Source: Promethearchaeota archaeon (GTDB lineage: Archaea > Asgardarchaeota > Heimdallarchaeia > Hodarchaeales > Hodarchaeaceae). From it: DNA of 64,000 nt. The DNA lies in assembly GCA_048938105.1 (NCBI GenBank), contig JBHLMN010000004.1, positions 1 to 64,000 on the forward strand, given 5' to 3'. The notes beneath the pieces were generated by a model. It did no database searches. It was not told where the DNA came from and was given only the letters and a program-made list of their open reading frames with translations. How positions within the stretch are numbered: the first letter of the stretch is position 1; every line of letters begins with the position of its first letter. The translations under genes were made by a program, and so were the position numbers. This document shows positions 1-9,970 of the stretch, one piece after another.

Positions 1-1655
1 TAAAAAGTGGTTTGGCTAATTTCGCTGATGACTGCTGTGTTTGCTTTAGAGAGGAGATACCTGATTTGAAATGTACTGGCGGTATAATTGTTGAGAGTGA
101 ATGTGATATTAATGAGGAAGTTTCCGACTGCGGTACCGTTGAACACAAAGGTCCAATTATAGCTGATAGGGTCTTTGGTTGCGTAGACAAGGATTGAACC
201 ATCGCTTTCAACATTTGGATCACTGGTTGAATTAAGGATTATCTCCGTTTCCTCATCATAATACCCAAGGATAATGGAAAAGGTATCAGAGTGACCTTCA
301 GAGTACTGGCGGGAGTAAGTACTCGTTTCATTCGCGAGTAACGTATTGTCAAGTGCATCTCGGGCTTCGATCCCTGTGGGTCGCTTAATCACCGTAAAAG
401 AGGCGATTATTGAGCTATTATGGAAATATGAATGAAAAAACGTGATATTGATGTCGTGAATGCCCAGCGGGAGAGCTGTAGGAGCGAAGCGGAACCAATA
501 TTTGTCTCCTTGCTGGTTGAGGAATTGGACTTTTGTCGTATCATTAATATCTATCTCAGCATCAGTATACAGAGTAATATTTTCATTGTGGTTTGTATTA
601 TTGACTACTAGCGCAAAATCATAAGAGTTATTCCAAAGTATGTATGTTTCAGCAATTTCGCTAATGACTTCTGTTTGAGCTTTTATTATCACATATTGAA
701 TTTGGAAGGTTACAGAGGTGTAGTTATCCAAGCTAAAAGAAATATTTATCAGAAAACTACCGATTTCAGATCCATTGAATTCAAAAGTCCAGTTGTAACT
801 AATAGGGTCTTTCCATTTATAAACAAGAATTGATAAATCACTTTCTATGATTGGGTCTGTTGTTACGTTCAGGGTAGCTGTTGTCTCTTGATCATAATAA
901 CTAACAATAATCGAAAAGTTATCTGAATAACTGTCTGAATATTTTCGATAGTAAACACTCGTTCCGTTTATTAGTAAAGTGTTATTAACAGCATCACGAG
1001 CTTCAACATTTGCTGGACGATTAATTACCGAGAATGTTAGTATTACGAAAGAACTTTGAACATAACTATGTGAAAATGTAATATTAATGTTATAAGTCTC
1101 AATAGGAAGAGTCGTGGGAGCGAAGCGGAACCAGTATCTGTCTCCTTGCTGGTTGAGGAATTGGACTTTTGTCGTATCATTAATATCTATCTCAGCATCA
1201 GTATACAGAGTAATATTTTCATTGTGGTTTGTATTATTGACCACTAGCGCAAAATCGTAAGAGTTATTCCAGGGAATGTTTGTTTTGTCAATTTCACTTA
1301 TAATCGAAGCATCAGCTTTTCTAATCACATACCGAATCTGAAAAGTTGCTGGAACATAATCTTCCAAATTGAATGTAATATTAATGAGAAAGCTGCCAAC
1401 CGCGGATCCATTAAACTCAAAAGTCCAGTTGTAACTAATTGGGTCTTTCTTCTTATAAACAAGAATTGATCCATCGCTTTCAACTAATGGGTCTGTAATA
1501 ACGTTCAGGAAAGTTGTTGTTTTTTCATCGTAATAACAAACAATAATCGAAAAGTTATCTGAATAGCTAGCGGAATATTTGCGGTAGTAAGTACTCGTTC
1601 CATTTATCAGTAATGTGTTATTGACAGCATCACGAGCCTCAATACTTGTTGGACC
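1..1655 (-). repeat. Intragenic tandem repeat, 636-bp (212-aa) unit, about 2.6 copies visible
   Basis: GGAGCGAAGCGGAACC at 481 and 1117 (period 636). Protein motifs EARDA.NTLL.N.TS and KDPISYNWTF recur three times. Confidence 0.9.
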
Positions 1656-3824
1656 TATAAATGAGACAGAAACCTGCTTTGTCCAATTAACGAACCAAGG
1701 AAACATCGTTGTAATGGTAACCGTGCCATTTTGACCAGCACTTCGGTCGTTGGTATCAAAAGAAGCGTTATAATAATTTTCATTCACCTGGTTCATATAC
1801 ACATTATTGGTCCAATTACTTTCACAGAAAATTTTAGCGTTTTTTACCTGACTATCGTTATGAATTGAAGTATAATACGCAGTCACGTTAAATAATTGAC
1901 CAATTACAACTTGAATATCCCCATAGACGGTTAGTGATGTATTAATGAGCAAATCCAATGTACGAGTGAATGTTCCTACCTTCGTTTTTTCATTGTTCTC
2001 CCAAAATCCTTGTAGACTATAAGTTCCATTGATATTTGTAGTCTGATCCAAAGTCTTGTTGATTTCCCAGAGATCAGTTATTGTTGTATGAATGTCATCA
2101 ATATTTGTTTTTTGGAGAACTTTAGATTCATTTGGATAATCAATCCAATAGGTAAGGTTACCAGTTTCTCCTACTTTAAAGGTTAAATTATAATCATTCA
2201 TTATGAAAGTTCTATAGGGTAACGAAAGAACATTTCCCTCCCTTGACAATGTGATGTTTAATAAATAATTCGGAGCATCAAATGAGGCAATCCAATCTGT
2301 TGCGATGGCTAGCGTGGAGGTATTGATAATCATAGCACTGGATTGATTCGAGTAAGTAATAGATGTGTTAAATCCGCCTGAAGGTGTCGAATTGTACTCT
2401 AGTGTGCCATCAAGGTAAATAGCGGTACCATTCCAATCGTTTTCAAGACCATTAATGGTAATTGTACGATTGCGGATGCTATAGCTGGTTGTCACGCTAT
2501 CTGTTGAAAACGTCAGATTCCAATGCGTCACAGTATTATTTGTTGTCAGGTAAGACGCTGAAACGGTTAATGGATTGTTAACAGATGTGAGGTTGATAAT
2601 CCATGCCAAATCGAAGCTAACGGAGGTGTTAGTTCTGAACCGATGGATGTTATCAGAGGTAGCGTTCCATTCAAACCAGTTAAACCTGGTTAAATTCGTT
2701 TCATCCACTGAGGTATTATACAATAACTCAATTTCCGTGGGATCACTGTAGGTTTTTTGGAAGTAATCTCCCCCTGATTTTTCAACAGGTAACACAGATA
2801 TGACTAAATTCAAATCTAGTTGATTAGCGCTTGTTCCATAAGTCCACGAGTCCTCTGCATGAGTTAGCCACTTATAATAAAAAGCCCCCTCATCAATACT
2901 GTCTCCCCCGACTGATGTAAGATCTCTCTGGACACCCCATTTCCAATAGGCATTGTTACCTGCCGGAGTTGTATCATTAAGGATAATAAAATAATTACGA
3001 TCTCCTCGTAGAGTGATATTCTCACTAAAAGTAAGAGGAGGAATTGTCCACCCAGTACTTGTGCCCAGAGATATCGTTGATAAGACCTCAGTTCCGTTCG
3101 GTTTCCACCTAGAATTGACACTATCCCAAGAGCTATTCACGAGTAAGAGCTCGCCACTTGGGACATCAAAACCAACCTGCTCACTAACAATCCGAACATA
3201 GAGGGAGGATAGATTCACATAATCTTCAGTAACGTTGAACTGCATGGCAACCTCATACCAGCCATTACCACCGTCATCTGAATCAACATATAGACTAAGT
3301 GATTCGTCATCCTCGATTGCTCTCACATCAAATTCTGCTTTGACATTTGTGATGTTAAAAATGCCAGAGCGGTTTGTGAAGCCGTTGGGCACAGTAATCG
3401 TGAAGTCATCTTGGCGAGTTTCGGGTGATGCAATAGTATTGGAAATGGCTATCGCTTCGGAATTGGTGAGATTCAAGGAGTCATTCACAATGTAATTTCC
3501 TCCTCCTACACCATTTTGACTTCCAATGGCGAAATTTGATGTTAGTTTATTGTTGGAATCTAATTCGGAAATTTCAGAGTGATTGTTTCCAGAGACGTAG
3601 GAATCTAATTCGGGATTAGATGATTTTTGTTTCATTAATTTGGGAATGTGAACTAATGTATTCTGGAGTGAATCCTTGATAGAATCATCTTTTTCTTGAG
3701 AAATTCCAAAATCTGAGAATATAAATACTAGACTAGTGGAGAATTGGCTTATAATCAATGAAAGAGTAATTAAAATACTCAAGATCTTTTGTTGTTGGCC
3801 TGATAGGAATACTGTTTCTACCAC
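1..3824 (-). CDS. Giant secreted/cell-surface glycoprotein with 212-aa tandem repeats (3' end runs off the window)
   Basis: Absent from the ORF track because there is no stop in the window. Reading from GTG at 3824 (MVETVFLSGQQQKILSILITLSLIISQFSTSLVFIF..., a hydrophobic signal/anchor) I found no stop through to position 3 (...SEISQTTF). Asn/Thr/Ser-rich, many N-x-S/T sequons, beta-rich repeats. Confidence 0.88.
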   Translation of the reverse strand, partial: MVETVFLSGQQQKILSILITLSLIISQFSTSLVFIFSDFGISQEKDDSIKDSLQNTLVHIPKLMKQKSSNPELDSYVSGNNHSEISELDSNNKLTSNFAIGSQNGVGGGNYIVNDSLNLTNSEAIAISNTIASPETRQDDFTITVPNGFTNRSGIFNITNVKAEFDVRAIEDDESLSLYVDSDDGGNGWYEVAMQFNVTEDYVNLSSLYVRIVSEQVGFDVPSGELLLVNSSWDSVNSRWKPNGTEVLSTISLGTSTGWTIPPLTFSENITLRGDRNYFIILNDTTPAGNNAYWKWGVQRDLTSVGGDSIDEGAFYYKWLTHAEDSWTYGTSANQLDLNLVISVLPVEKSGGDYFQKTYSDPTEIELLYNTSVDETNLTRFNWFEWNATSDNIHRFRTNTSVSFDLAWIINLTSVNNPLTVSASYLTTNNTVTHWNLTFSTDSVTTSYSIRNRTITINGLENDWNGTAIYLDGTLEYNSTPSGGFNTSITYSNQSSAMIINTSTLAIATDWIASFDAPNYLLNITLSREGNVLSLPYRTFIMNDYNLTFKVGETGNLTYWIDYPNESKVLQKTNIDDIHTTITDLWEINKTLDQTTNINGTYSLQGFWENNEKTKVGTFTRTLDLLINTSLTVYGDIQVVIGQLFNVTAYYTSIHNDSQVKNAKIFCESNWTNNVYMNQVNENYYNASFDTNDRSAGQNGTVTITTMFPWFVNWTKQVSVSFIGPTSIEARDAVNNTLLINGTSTYYRKYSASYSDNFSIIVCYYDEKTTTFLNVITDPLVESDGSILVYKKKDPISYNWTFEFNGSAVGSFLINITFNLEDYVPATFQIRYVIRKADASIISEIDKTNIPWNNSYDFALVVNNTNHNENITLYTDAEIDINDTTKVQFLNQQGDRYWFRFAPTTLPIETYNINITFSHSYVQSSFVILTFSVINRPANVEARDAVNNTLLINGTSVYYRKYSDSYSDNFSIIVSYYDQETTATLNVTTDPIIESDLSILVYKWKDPISYNWTFEFNGSEIGSFLINISFSLDNYTSVTFQIQYVIIKAQTEVISEIAETYILWNNSYDFALVVNNTNHNENITLYTDAEIDINDTTKVQFLNQQGDKYWFRFAPTALPLGIHDINITFFHSYFHNSSIIASFTVIKRPTGIEARDALDNTLLANETSTYSRQYSEGHSDTFSIILGYYDEETEIILNSTSDPNVESDGSILVYATKDPISYNWTFVFNGTAVGNFLINITFTLNNYTASTFQIRYLLSKANTAVISEISQTTF

Positions 3825-3971
3825 CTATTAAGGTTCGATTTCCAGAAGATAATTTTGCTCTCCTTTAACTAGGAAGAGTAAGTCATCCTCTGGTGGATAT
3901 AAGTCCTGTTAAACTGTAATTAAAGGGCTTTTTTATATATGTTCAAATGTAAATTCTATTTTATGTATTGA

Positions 3972-4144
3972 TAATAAGGCTCCTTAGTCAATTCATTCGT
4001 AAAAGATTAAATTTCGAATTTTATTGTAGAGTGATAGTTAAGTATATGTACTCATTTTTAGGAGATTTCATAATATGTAGGTTCTATCCAATGATAAGTA
4101 ACTTTCCTAATAAGGCTCCCTAGTGAATTTATTCACAATAGATT
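3972..4144. promoter_or_regulatory. Pair of 37-bp imperfect direct repeats, candidate regulator-binding sites
   Basis: TAATAAGGCTCCTTAGTCAATTCATTCGTAAAAGATT (3972-4008) and TAATAAGGCTCCCTAGTGAATTTATTCACAATAGATT (4108-4144), upstream of the surface-protein gene. Confidence 0.5.
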
Positions 4145-4349
4145 TTTTAATGACACTATATAACGTTATTACTCAAACTTATTAATTATAATAGTTTTAT
4201 TTGAAGAATTTCTAATTACTGTTGTTAAAATGTAATTCAATTGAAATATACCATTCAATTCTTTTAAAGAAACAGAACACGTTAGTCGTGTCCGTTATGA
4301 GTAAGTAAGAATTATACAACAAATTTAAGAATGAGGATATGATCCTTTC

Positions 4350-5456
4350 TTAAACCTCAGAGAACATATATTGTCTAAGACACGGGATTGGTTCACCTAA
4401 GGTGATATTATCAGGATCTAAAAAATAAGCTACCGCGGATGTCGAGCTTAAGAGGGAATTTCCATCCTGGGGAGTGTAAGAATATCCTACTATCTCAACT
4501 TTATCAGTAAAGAGCTCACTTTGACGAACCATTAGACTTGGTAAAACAACTACTAATTGATTTAGAATTCGACCAAAGTGGCCATATTCACGACCAAAGC
4601 TGAAAATCACATTCGCATCTGTTTTATTTGTTACTGCAACATAAGGATCATCGGAGAATTTTCGCTTAACCTCCTCAAGGGAGAATGCTTTCTCTTTATC
4701 CAGAACTAAGTTAAAAAAGGAAGTATGCATGTATTGAGTGTTTAGTTTGATAGCACTGGAAAAAACGTTGAGATGATGACCAAGTGTTGAATACAAGCGG
4801 TAGACATCTTTTGCGTGGTGTGTTCCAAATGTTTGATCCTTATGTTTGCCAACAGATGGCCCAGCAATGAACTTACCAGTTTGAGAAACATCAGTAGCTC
4901 TTCTCATGAAAACAAAACGGGCCTCACTTAGAATGCTTCTTCCTTCCTCATCAAATGCCAAGTTTTTAAGAATTCTAGATGCTGCATGAGTATTGCAACT
5001 CACAACTTGTAGGAATTGAGAATTATCTCTGTGTAAAACTGGGTCATTTAAGCCAACACCATAAGGAATCCCAAAGCCATGTTCGGATCCTTGAGCTAAA
5101 AATGCTCTAACATCTTCTTTTACATTCTCATAGAATAGAAACCGATTTCTAACTCCCATTCCTTCAGTTGAACAATCAACAACAACAGTTGACTTGGCAA
5201 GGGCATCCTCAAAAGTATAGGTTGGTTCGACACCTAGCTCGCGGAATTTGTTAAACTTCTCTATCTGGCAGCACATATGGGCTCCCTTTGTAAGTAATCC
5301 CCGGATCATGGGACGATCTGTTAGCCTAGGAGTATGTTTATAAAATATAAGCTCGTCAATTCCTATTTTCTTTGATAAAGCCGCTAAAAGTCCTGTCAAT
5401 GGTTCGCCTATAGTACCAGTACCCACGATTAGTACAACATTCCCATTGTTTACCAT
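4350..5456 (-). CDS. gap: Archaeal-type (type II) glyceraldehyde-3-phosphate dehydrogenase-like protein
   Basis: Rossmann GTGTIG, AQGSE, catalytic VVSCNT, MRRATD, GTHHAKDV and QYMH motifs resemble archaeal GAPDH; divergent. Confidence 0.7.
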   Translation of the reverse strand: MVNNGNVVLIVGTGTIGEPLTGLLAALSKKIGIDELIFYKHTPRLTDRPMIRGLLTKGAHMCCQIEKFNKFRELGVEPTYTFEDALAKSTVVVDCSTEGMGVRNRFLFYENVKEDVRAFLAQGSEHGFGIPYGVGLNDPVLHRDNSQFLQVVSCNTHAASRILKNLAFDEEGRSILSEARFVFMRRATDVSQTGKFIAGPSVGKHKDQTFGTHHAKDVYRLYSTLGHHLNVFSSAIKLNTQYMHTSFFNLVLDKEKAFSLEEVKRKFSDDPYVAVTNKTDANVIFSFGREYGHFGRILNQLVVVLPSLMVRQSELFTDKVEIVGYSYTPQDGNSLLSSTSAVAYFLDPDNITLGEPIPCLRQYMFSEV

Positions 5457-5595
5457 GAATAAGCCTCCAGTACTGAATAAACGTTAAATTTCCAATATAA
5501 ATGTGTTGAAATGTAATAAAACTACACGTAAGAAAGAGATTTTAATCCCCATATAAAGACCTGTATCACTCATAGGGGTCAAATTTTATTCTACG

Positions 5596-6699
5596 CTAGA
5601 TATCTTTTTCTGTGGACTCTTTCCTATTATTTTGCTTATTTATATGATTTTTTAATTTATATTCACTTGTCAAGTCATAACAAGGAGTAGAAGCCATAAA
5701 ATCAATAATATTTTCTAAAGAGCCTATTTTTCCTGTAGAAATCTGATATCCTGCTACTGCATTTGCAAATTTTGTTGCAATTGGGATTGCTAAGCCTAAT
5801 TGCCATCCTACTAAAAATCCAGCATGCCAATTGTCTCCTGCGCCCGTTGCTTTAAGAACTGAAATCTTAAAACACGGTTCAAGAGCTTTTTGTTTACCAT
5901 TTCTCCAGACTTCAGCTTTATTAGACATATGTAATCCAAACAATATTTCAGGATATGTAAGAGATAATTCGTGGATTGCTTCTTCTGGTGTCAAATTGGG
6001 TGATTTAGTTAGTAATTGAAGTTCCGTTTCATTACCAGTAATAAATGATGGAGGTCTCATCGGATGTTCAAGGATTCGTTCTCGAAACCCTTCTATTCGA
6101 TTAAGGTGAGGTGTTAAGTCCGAAAAGTCAACTGAAACGATAATAGAAGGTGATACCTCATTAAGAATAGCTTCAACTAGATCTTCCATCTTAAAATTTT
6201 GAGCATTTGTTACGGCAATAACATGACTGTCTTTGAGTGCACGCCATTGTTCAGGTGTTAATTTGTCTGAAGAGAAATTAGCAACACTCCCCGAGGAACA
6301 AAACATCACATTATGTTTGTCAGTATCATGGGGAATTTCGAGTATTACTGAGCTGGCAATGTCACCTGAGGTAGATATTAATGTCTTCACTCCAAGCGGA
6401 TGTAAGAAAAATTCAACTAGCTTTTTACCTAGTGGAGATGTTTCACATAAGAAAGTAGTTGTAACCCCTAAACCCCCTAATGTCTTAGCTACATTTCCTC
6501 CATTTCCACCTGCTATGAATTGAGCTTCCGGTCCAAGAAGATTCCCCCCTCCTCTTGAATAGACAGTCTGGATCCCTTGTATTAACTGATCATAAGACAT
6601 TCGTGGATCTACTATGATATCAAGATAAAAGTCAGGTAAAACGGTCATTTTTAATTGTTTTATCTTAGTTGAAGCTGTTTCAAAATCTATTGAAAGCAT
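5596..6699 (-). CDS. PfkB/ribokinase-family carbohydrate kinase
   Basis: GGNGGNVA, NETE and ATGAGD (anion hole plus catalytic Asp) motifs. Confidence 0.85.
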   Translation of the reverse strand: MLSIDFETASTKIKQLKMTVLPDFYLDIIVDPRMSYDQLIQGIQTVYSRGGGNLLGPEAQFIAGGNGGNVAKTLGGLGVTTTFLCETSPLGKKLVEFFLHPLGVKTLISTSGDIASSVILEIPHDTDKHNVMFCSSGSVANFSSDKLTPEQWRALKDSHVIAVTNAQNFKMEDLVEAILNEVSPSIIVSVDFSDLTPHLNRIEGFRERILEHPMRPPSFITGNETELQLLTKSPNLTPEEAIHELSLTYPEILFGLHMSNKAEVWRNGKQKALEPCFKISVLKATGAGDNWHAGFLVGWQLGLAIPIATKFANAVAGYQISTGKIGSLENIIDFMASTPCYDLTSEYKLKNHINKQNNRKESTEKDI

Positions 6700-6897
6700 T
6701 CTTCATCACTTTTGGCTTCATTTTTCGTGTACAGAATTATTCATTGATTAATGACATTCCTTAATTAATGTCTTTTTCTCTTCAAAATAATTGTTTTTTA
6801 GTTACTTTCGGGTAATATGGAAAAAATATAAATAAAAATATCTCAAAATCAAAGCAACGTTAAAATTAATGTTAATGAATGTTAATGAGGAATTCTT

Positions 6898-8184
6898 ATG
6901 GGAAATAAAGAACTTAGAGATTGTGTAGTTGTTGATGCGATTCGTTTACCTATGGGAAAATCTTCTCGGGCTCAAATGGCGAAATATGGGGGATATTATA
7001 GGAATGTATCATCACAGGATATGTTAGCAGGTGTTTTGGAGACCCTAGTTGAGAGAGTACAAACCCAATCCAGTTCTTTTGACGCTCATGAAATCGAGGA
7101 TGTTCATGTCGGTATTTTAACTCAAATAGGTGATCAAGGAGGTAATGTCGCTCGAGTTGCCCAATTAATGGCAAAAAACATTCCAGATATTGTGGCTGCT
7201 GCAACAGTTAATAGATATTGTAATGCAGGATTACAGGCAGTGAATACATGTGCGAACGCTATCAGGGTAGGTGATGGTGATATTATGATAGCAGCAGGAG
7301 TTGAAAATCTTACACATTACCCCATGGGAATCGATATTCAGGTTGGTTTTATGTACCCCGTGGATAATATTTATTGTCATATGTCGGAGACCCGTATGGC
7401 CGAGCTTCAAGAACGTATGAGTTTTGTCCAAGGTGAGTCTGCAGAATTAGTAGCAGAAAAATATGGCTTAACTAGAGAAGAGATGGATAAATTTGGCTTA
7501 TGGAGCCACCAAAAAGCAACTAGAGCAATGCGGGATAAAGAAAACTATGAGAAACGTATCGTACCGTTTGAAGTGACAATAGAAAAACCAAATGGATCAT
7601 TTGAAACAAAGACAGTGACAGAAGATCAAACAGTTCGTACAATTGCTCTTGATGATCCAGACACAGCCTGGACTCAGATGCAAGCCCTTCCTCCAGTTTT
7701 CAGGCCTGAAAATGGAAAAGTTACCGCAGGAAATTCATCACAAATAACAGATGGTGCATCAGCGATTATGCTTATGTCCAAAGATAAAGCTGATGAGCTC
7801 GGCTTAAAACCCATGGTTCGGATTCTTTCAACAGCAGTTGCAGGTGATGATCCAATGTTAATGCTGACAGGACCCATTCCAGCGCAAGAACGTGCGTTGG
7901 AAAGATCAGGGCTTGAGATGAAAAATATGGATTGTATTGAACCAAATGAAGCATTTGCCTCACCTTGTCTTGCTTTTGCAAAGCATTTTGGGTATGCATT
8001 TGATGATCCACGTGTTAATCCTTATGGAGGAGCGATAGCGACTGGCCATGCAATTGGTTCCTCAGGAACACATTATTTTTGTGATATGGTTCACTATCTG
8101 GTAAATAAAAAGAAACGTTATGGTATTCAGACATTATGCGGGGGTGGAGGTGTGGGTATCGCTACTGTGGTTGAACGTATATAA
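6898..8184 (+). CDS. Thiolase (acetyl-CoA C-acyltransferase)
   Basis: NRYC (catalytic Cys), VTAGNSS.ITDGA, NEAFA, GHAIG, LCGGGG. Confidence 0.95.
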   Translation: MGNKELRDCVVVDAIRLPMGKSSRAQMAKYGGYYRNVSSQDMLAGVLETLVERVQTQSSSFDAHEIEDVHVGILTQIGDQGGNVARVAQLMAKNIPDIVAAATVNRYCNAGLQAVNTCANAIRVGDGDIMIAAGVENLTHYPMGIDIQVGFMYPVDNIYCHMSETRMAELQERMSFVQGESAELVAEKYGLTREEMDKFGLWSHQKATRAMRDKENYEKRIVPFEVTIEKPNGSFETKTVTEDQTVRTIALDDPDTAWTQMQALPPVFRPENGKVTAGNSSQITDGASAIMLMSKDKADELGLKPMVRILSTAVAGDDPMLMLTGPIPAQERALERSGLEMKNMDCIEPNEAFASPCLAFAKHFGYAFDDPRVNPYGGAIATGHAIGSSGTHYFCDMVHYLVNKKKRYGIQTLCGGGGVGIATVVERI

Positions 8185-8195
8185 AATCCTTGCAT

Positions 8196-8214
8196 TTCCT
8201 TTTTTTTCTTTTTT
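8196..8214 (+). terminator. U-rich archaeal-type terminator after the thiolase gene
   Basis: T-rich tract (two T runs, of 8 and 6) 12-30 nt after the stop. Confidence 0.45.
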
Positions 8215-8437
8215 ACTAACATGCTTTCTCTAGAGAATATTTCTCAAAAAAGAATTAACTTTATTGTACGAACTTCTTACTTTCTATTACGGATAAAAGA
8301 AAAAATCTTAAAAAAACGGATTTAAGTGATTTCCACTAATCAGCTAAGTCCATTCAACTGCAAAAATCAATATTCATTGGACTAATAAGGCTAATATAAT
8401 GAAGACTTGAGTCTTATTCGGAGCAAACCGAAATAAT

Positions 8438-9859
8438 ATGTCTGATTTTGATATTATCGGTTTTATTTTCGCTTTAATCCTTGCTTTTATGCTGGTATTA
8501 ATGAACGGTTTTTTTGTGGCCGCCGAATTTGCTTTAGTAAGTGTTCGTCCCTCAAGAATAGAGGAACTTGTACGAAAAACTGGAAGTAGAAGAGCTAAAG
8601 CCGTCCAACTGGCTATAAAAAATCAAGACGAAGTAATTAGTGCTACTCAACTTGGAATAACAATGGCAAGTCTTGCACTAGGATTTTTAGCTGGAGCTTC
8701 AATCGAGCCCGTCATTGAAAGCTTATTTGAAGCATTGGGATTTATAACGTTCTTAGATAAATTAGGAGTTTTAGTGCTTTTAGGCGGGCTTTCTTTAGGT
8801 GCCTTGTTGGCATTCTCAATGACTACTTATATGCATGTTGTACTTGGAGAATTAGCACCTAAGAGTATGGCTCTTCAGTATCCCGAACGAACAAGTTTAT
8901 GGGTTGCAAAACCTTTGCATTGGTTTGCTCTGCTTTTCAAACCTATTATCTGGCTATTTAACCAAACTGGTTGGTTAATTTTAGCTTTGTTTGGCATTAG
9001 TCCTATTGTTGGACATCGAAGTGTGCATTCGGAGGATGAGCTAAAATTACTTATCACCCAATCAGAAAAGGCGGGTATCCTTGAAGAAAGTGAAACTGCA
9101 ATCTTAAAACGTACATTTGATTTACCAGACACCCAAGTTAGAATGATAATGACCCCAAGATATGAAATGAAAACAATTACAATATCTGATGAGTTTGAAG
9201 AAATAGTAAAGACTGTTAATGACTCTGGTCATTCCCGATTCCCTGTTTTTGATGAAGGACGGGAAAAAATCATTGGTTTTCTATACGCTAAGGATCTATT
9301 GAATTATCTAGAACTATTCTTAGATACTGATAATATTGATCATAAAAAGAAAAAAGTTGATATAACCCAATTATTGAGAGAAACTGATTACGTACCAGAA
9401 ACAATGCGAGCAGATTTGCTATTAAAAAAATTACAAAATACAAAACGACATTCAGCCATTGTAGTCGACGAATTTGGGGAGGTGGTAGGATTAATAACAT
9501 TAGAAGATATCTTAGAGCTATTAGTTGGCGATATCCAAGACGAGTATGACTATGAACCAGCTGAAATTACACCATCAGATGAAACTGAAGGTGAGTCGAA
9601 AGTAAGTGGTCAAACATCACTAGATGATTTTAATGATTATTTCAATACTAAATTTCAATCAGATTTTTCTGTAACTATCGGAGGATTCATTCAGGAAAAA
9701 CTTGGCCGATTACCTGTAGAAAAAGAAGTTTTCAAAATTGATAATATTGTTTTCACTGTTGATGAAATGTCTGAATTACGGATTGAATGTTTGTTAGTTC
9801 TTGGGAAAAAGAAAAGCACTGAAGAGGAGGAGGAAATTGGGGGAGAACCCCATACATAA
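8438..9859 (+). CDS. Hemolysin C/CNNM (CorB/TlyC) family Mg2+/Co2+ transporter: DUF21 + CBS pair + CorC domain
   Basis: NGFFVAAEFAL, QLGIT, GELAPK, MTPR, SGHSRFPV, VVDEFG...EDILE. Confidence 0.93.
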   Translation: MSDFDIIGFIFALILAFMLVLMNGFFVAAEFALVSVRPSRIEELVRKTGSRRAKAVQLAIKNQDEVISATQLGITMASLALGFLAGASIEPVIESLFEALGFITFLDKLGVLVLLGGLSLGALLAFSMTTYMHVVLGELAPKSMALQYPERTSLWVAKPLHWFALLFKPIIWLFNQTGWLILALFGISPIVGHRSVHSEDELKLLITQSEKAGILEESETAILKRTFDLPDTQVRMIMTPRYEMKTITISDEFEEIVKTVNDSGHSRFPVFDEGREKIIGFLYAKDLLNYLELFLDTDNIDHKKKKVDITQLLRETDYVPETMRADLLLKKLQNTKRHSAIVVDEFGEVVGLITLEDILELLVGDIQDEYDYEPAEITPSDETEGESKVSGQTSLDDFNDYFNTKFQSDFSVTIGGFIQEKLGRLPVEKEVFKIDNIVFTVDEMSELRIECLLVLGKKKSTEEEEEIGGEPHT

Positions 9860-9970
9860 TTAATGACAGATTTCTTTACTCCTAGCCTTCAGATTGCTTC
9901 TAAAAAAAAGTAAATTGAGAGAAGAAGAACCAAAAGATTGTTACAGGAAAATTCTCTTGCCTGATGAAAA

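Noticed and set aside
12-3495. Short ORFs 12-197, 2864-3121, 3013-3201 and 3235-3495
   Set aside because: They lie inside the long minus-strand surface-protein frame. The other short ORFs nested within or antisense to well-supported genes across the window were dismissed for the same reason.
3972-4144. 37-bp repeats as a CRISPR mini-array
   Set aside because: Only two degenerate copies, a 99-bp spacer and no cas genes.
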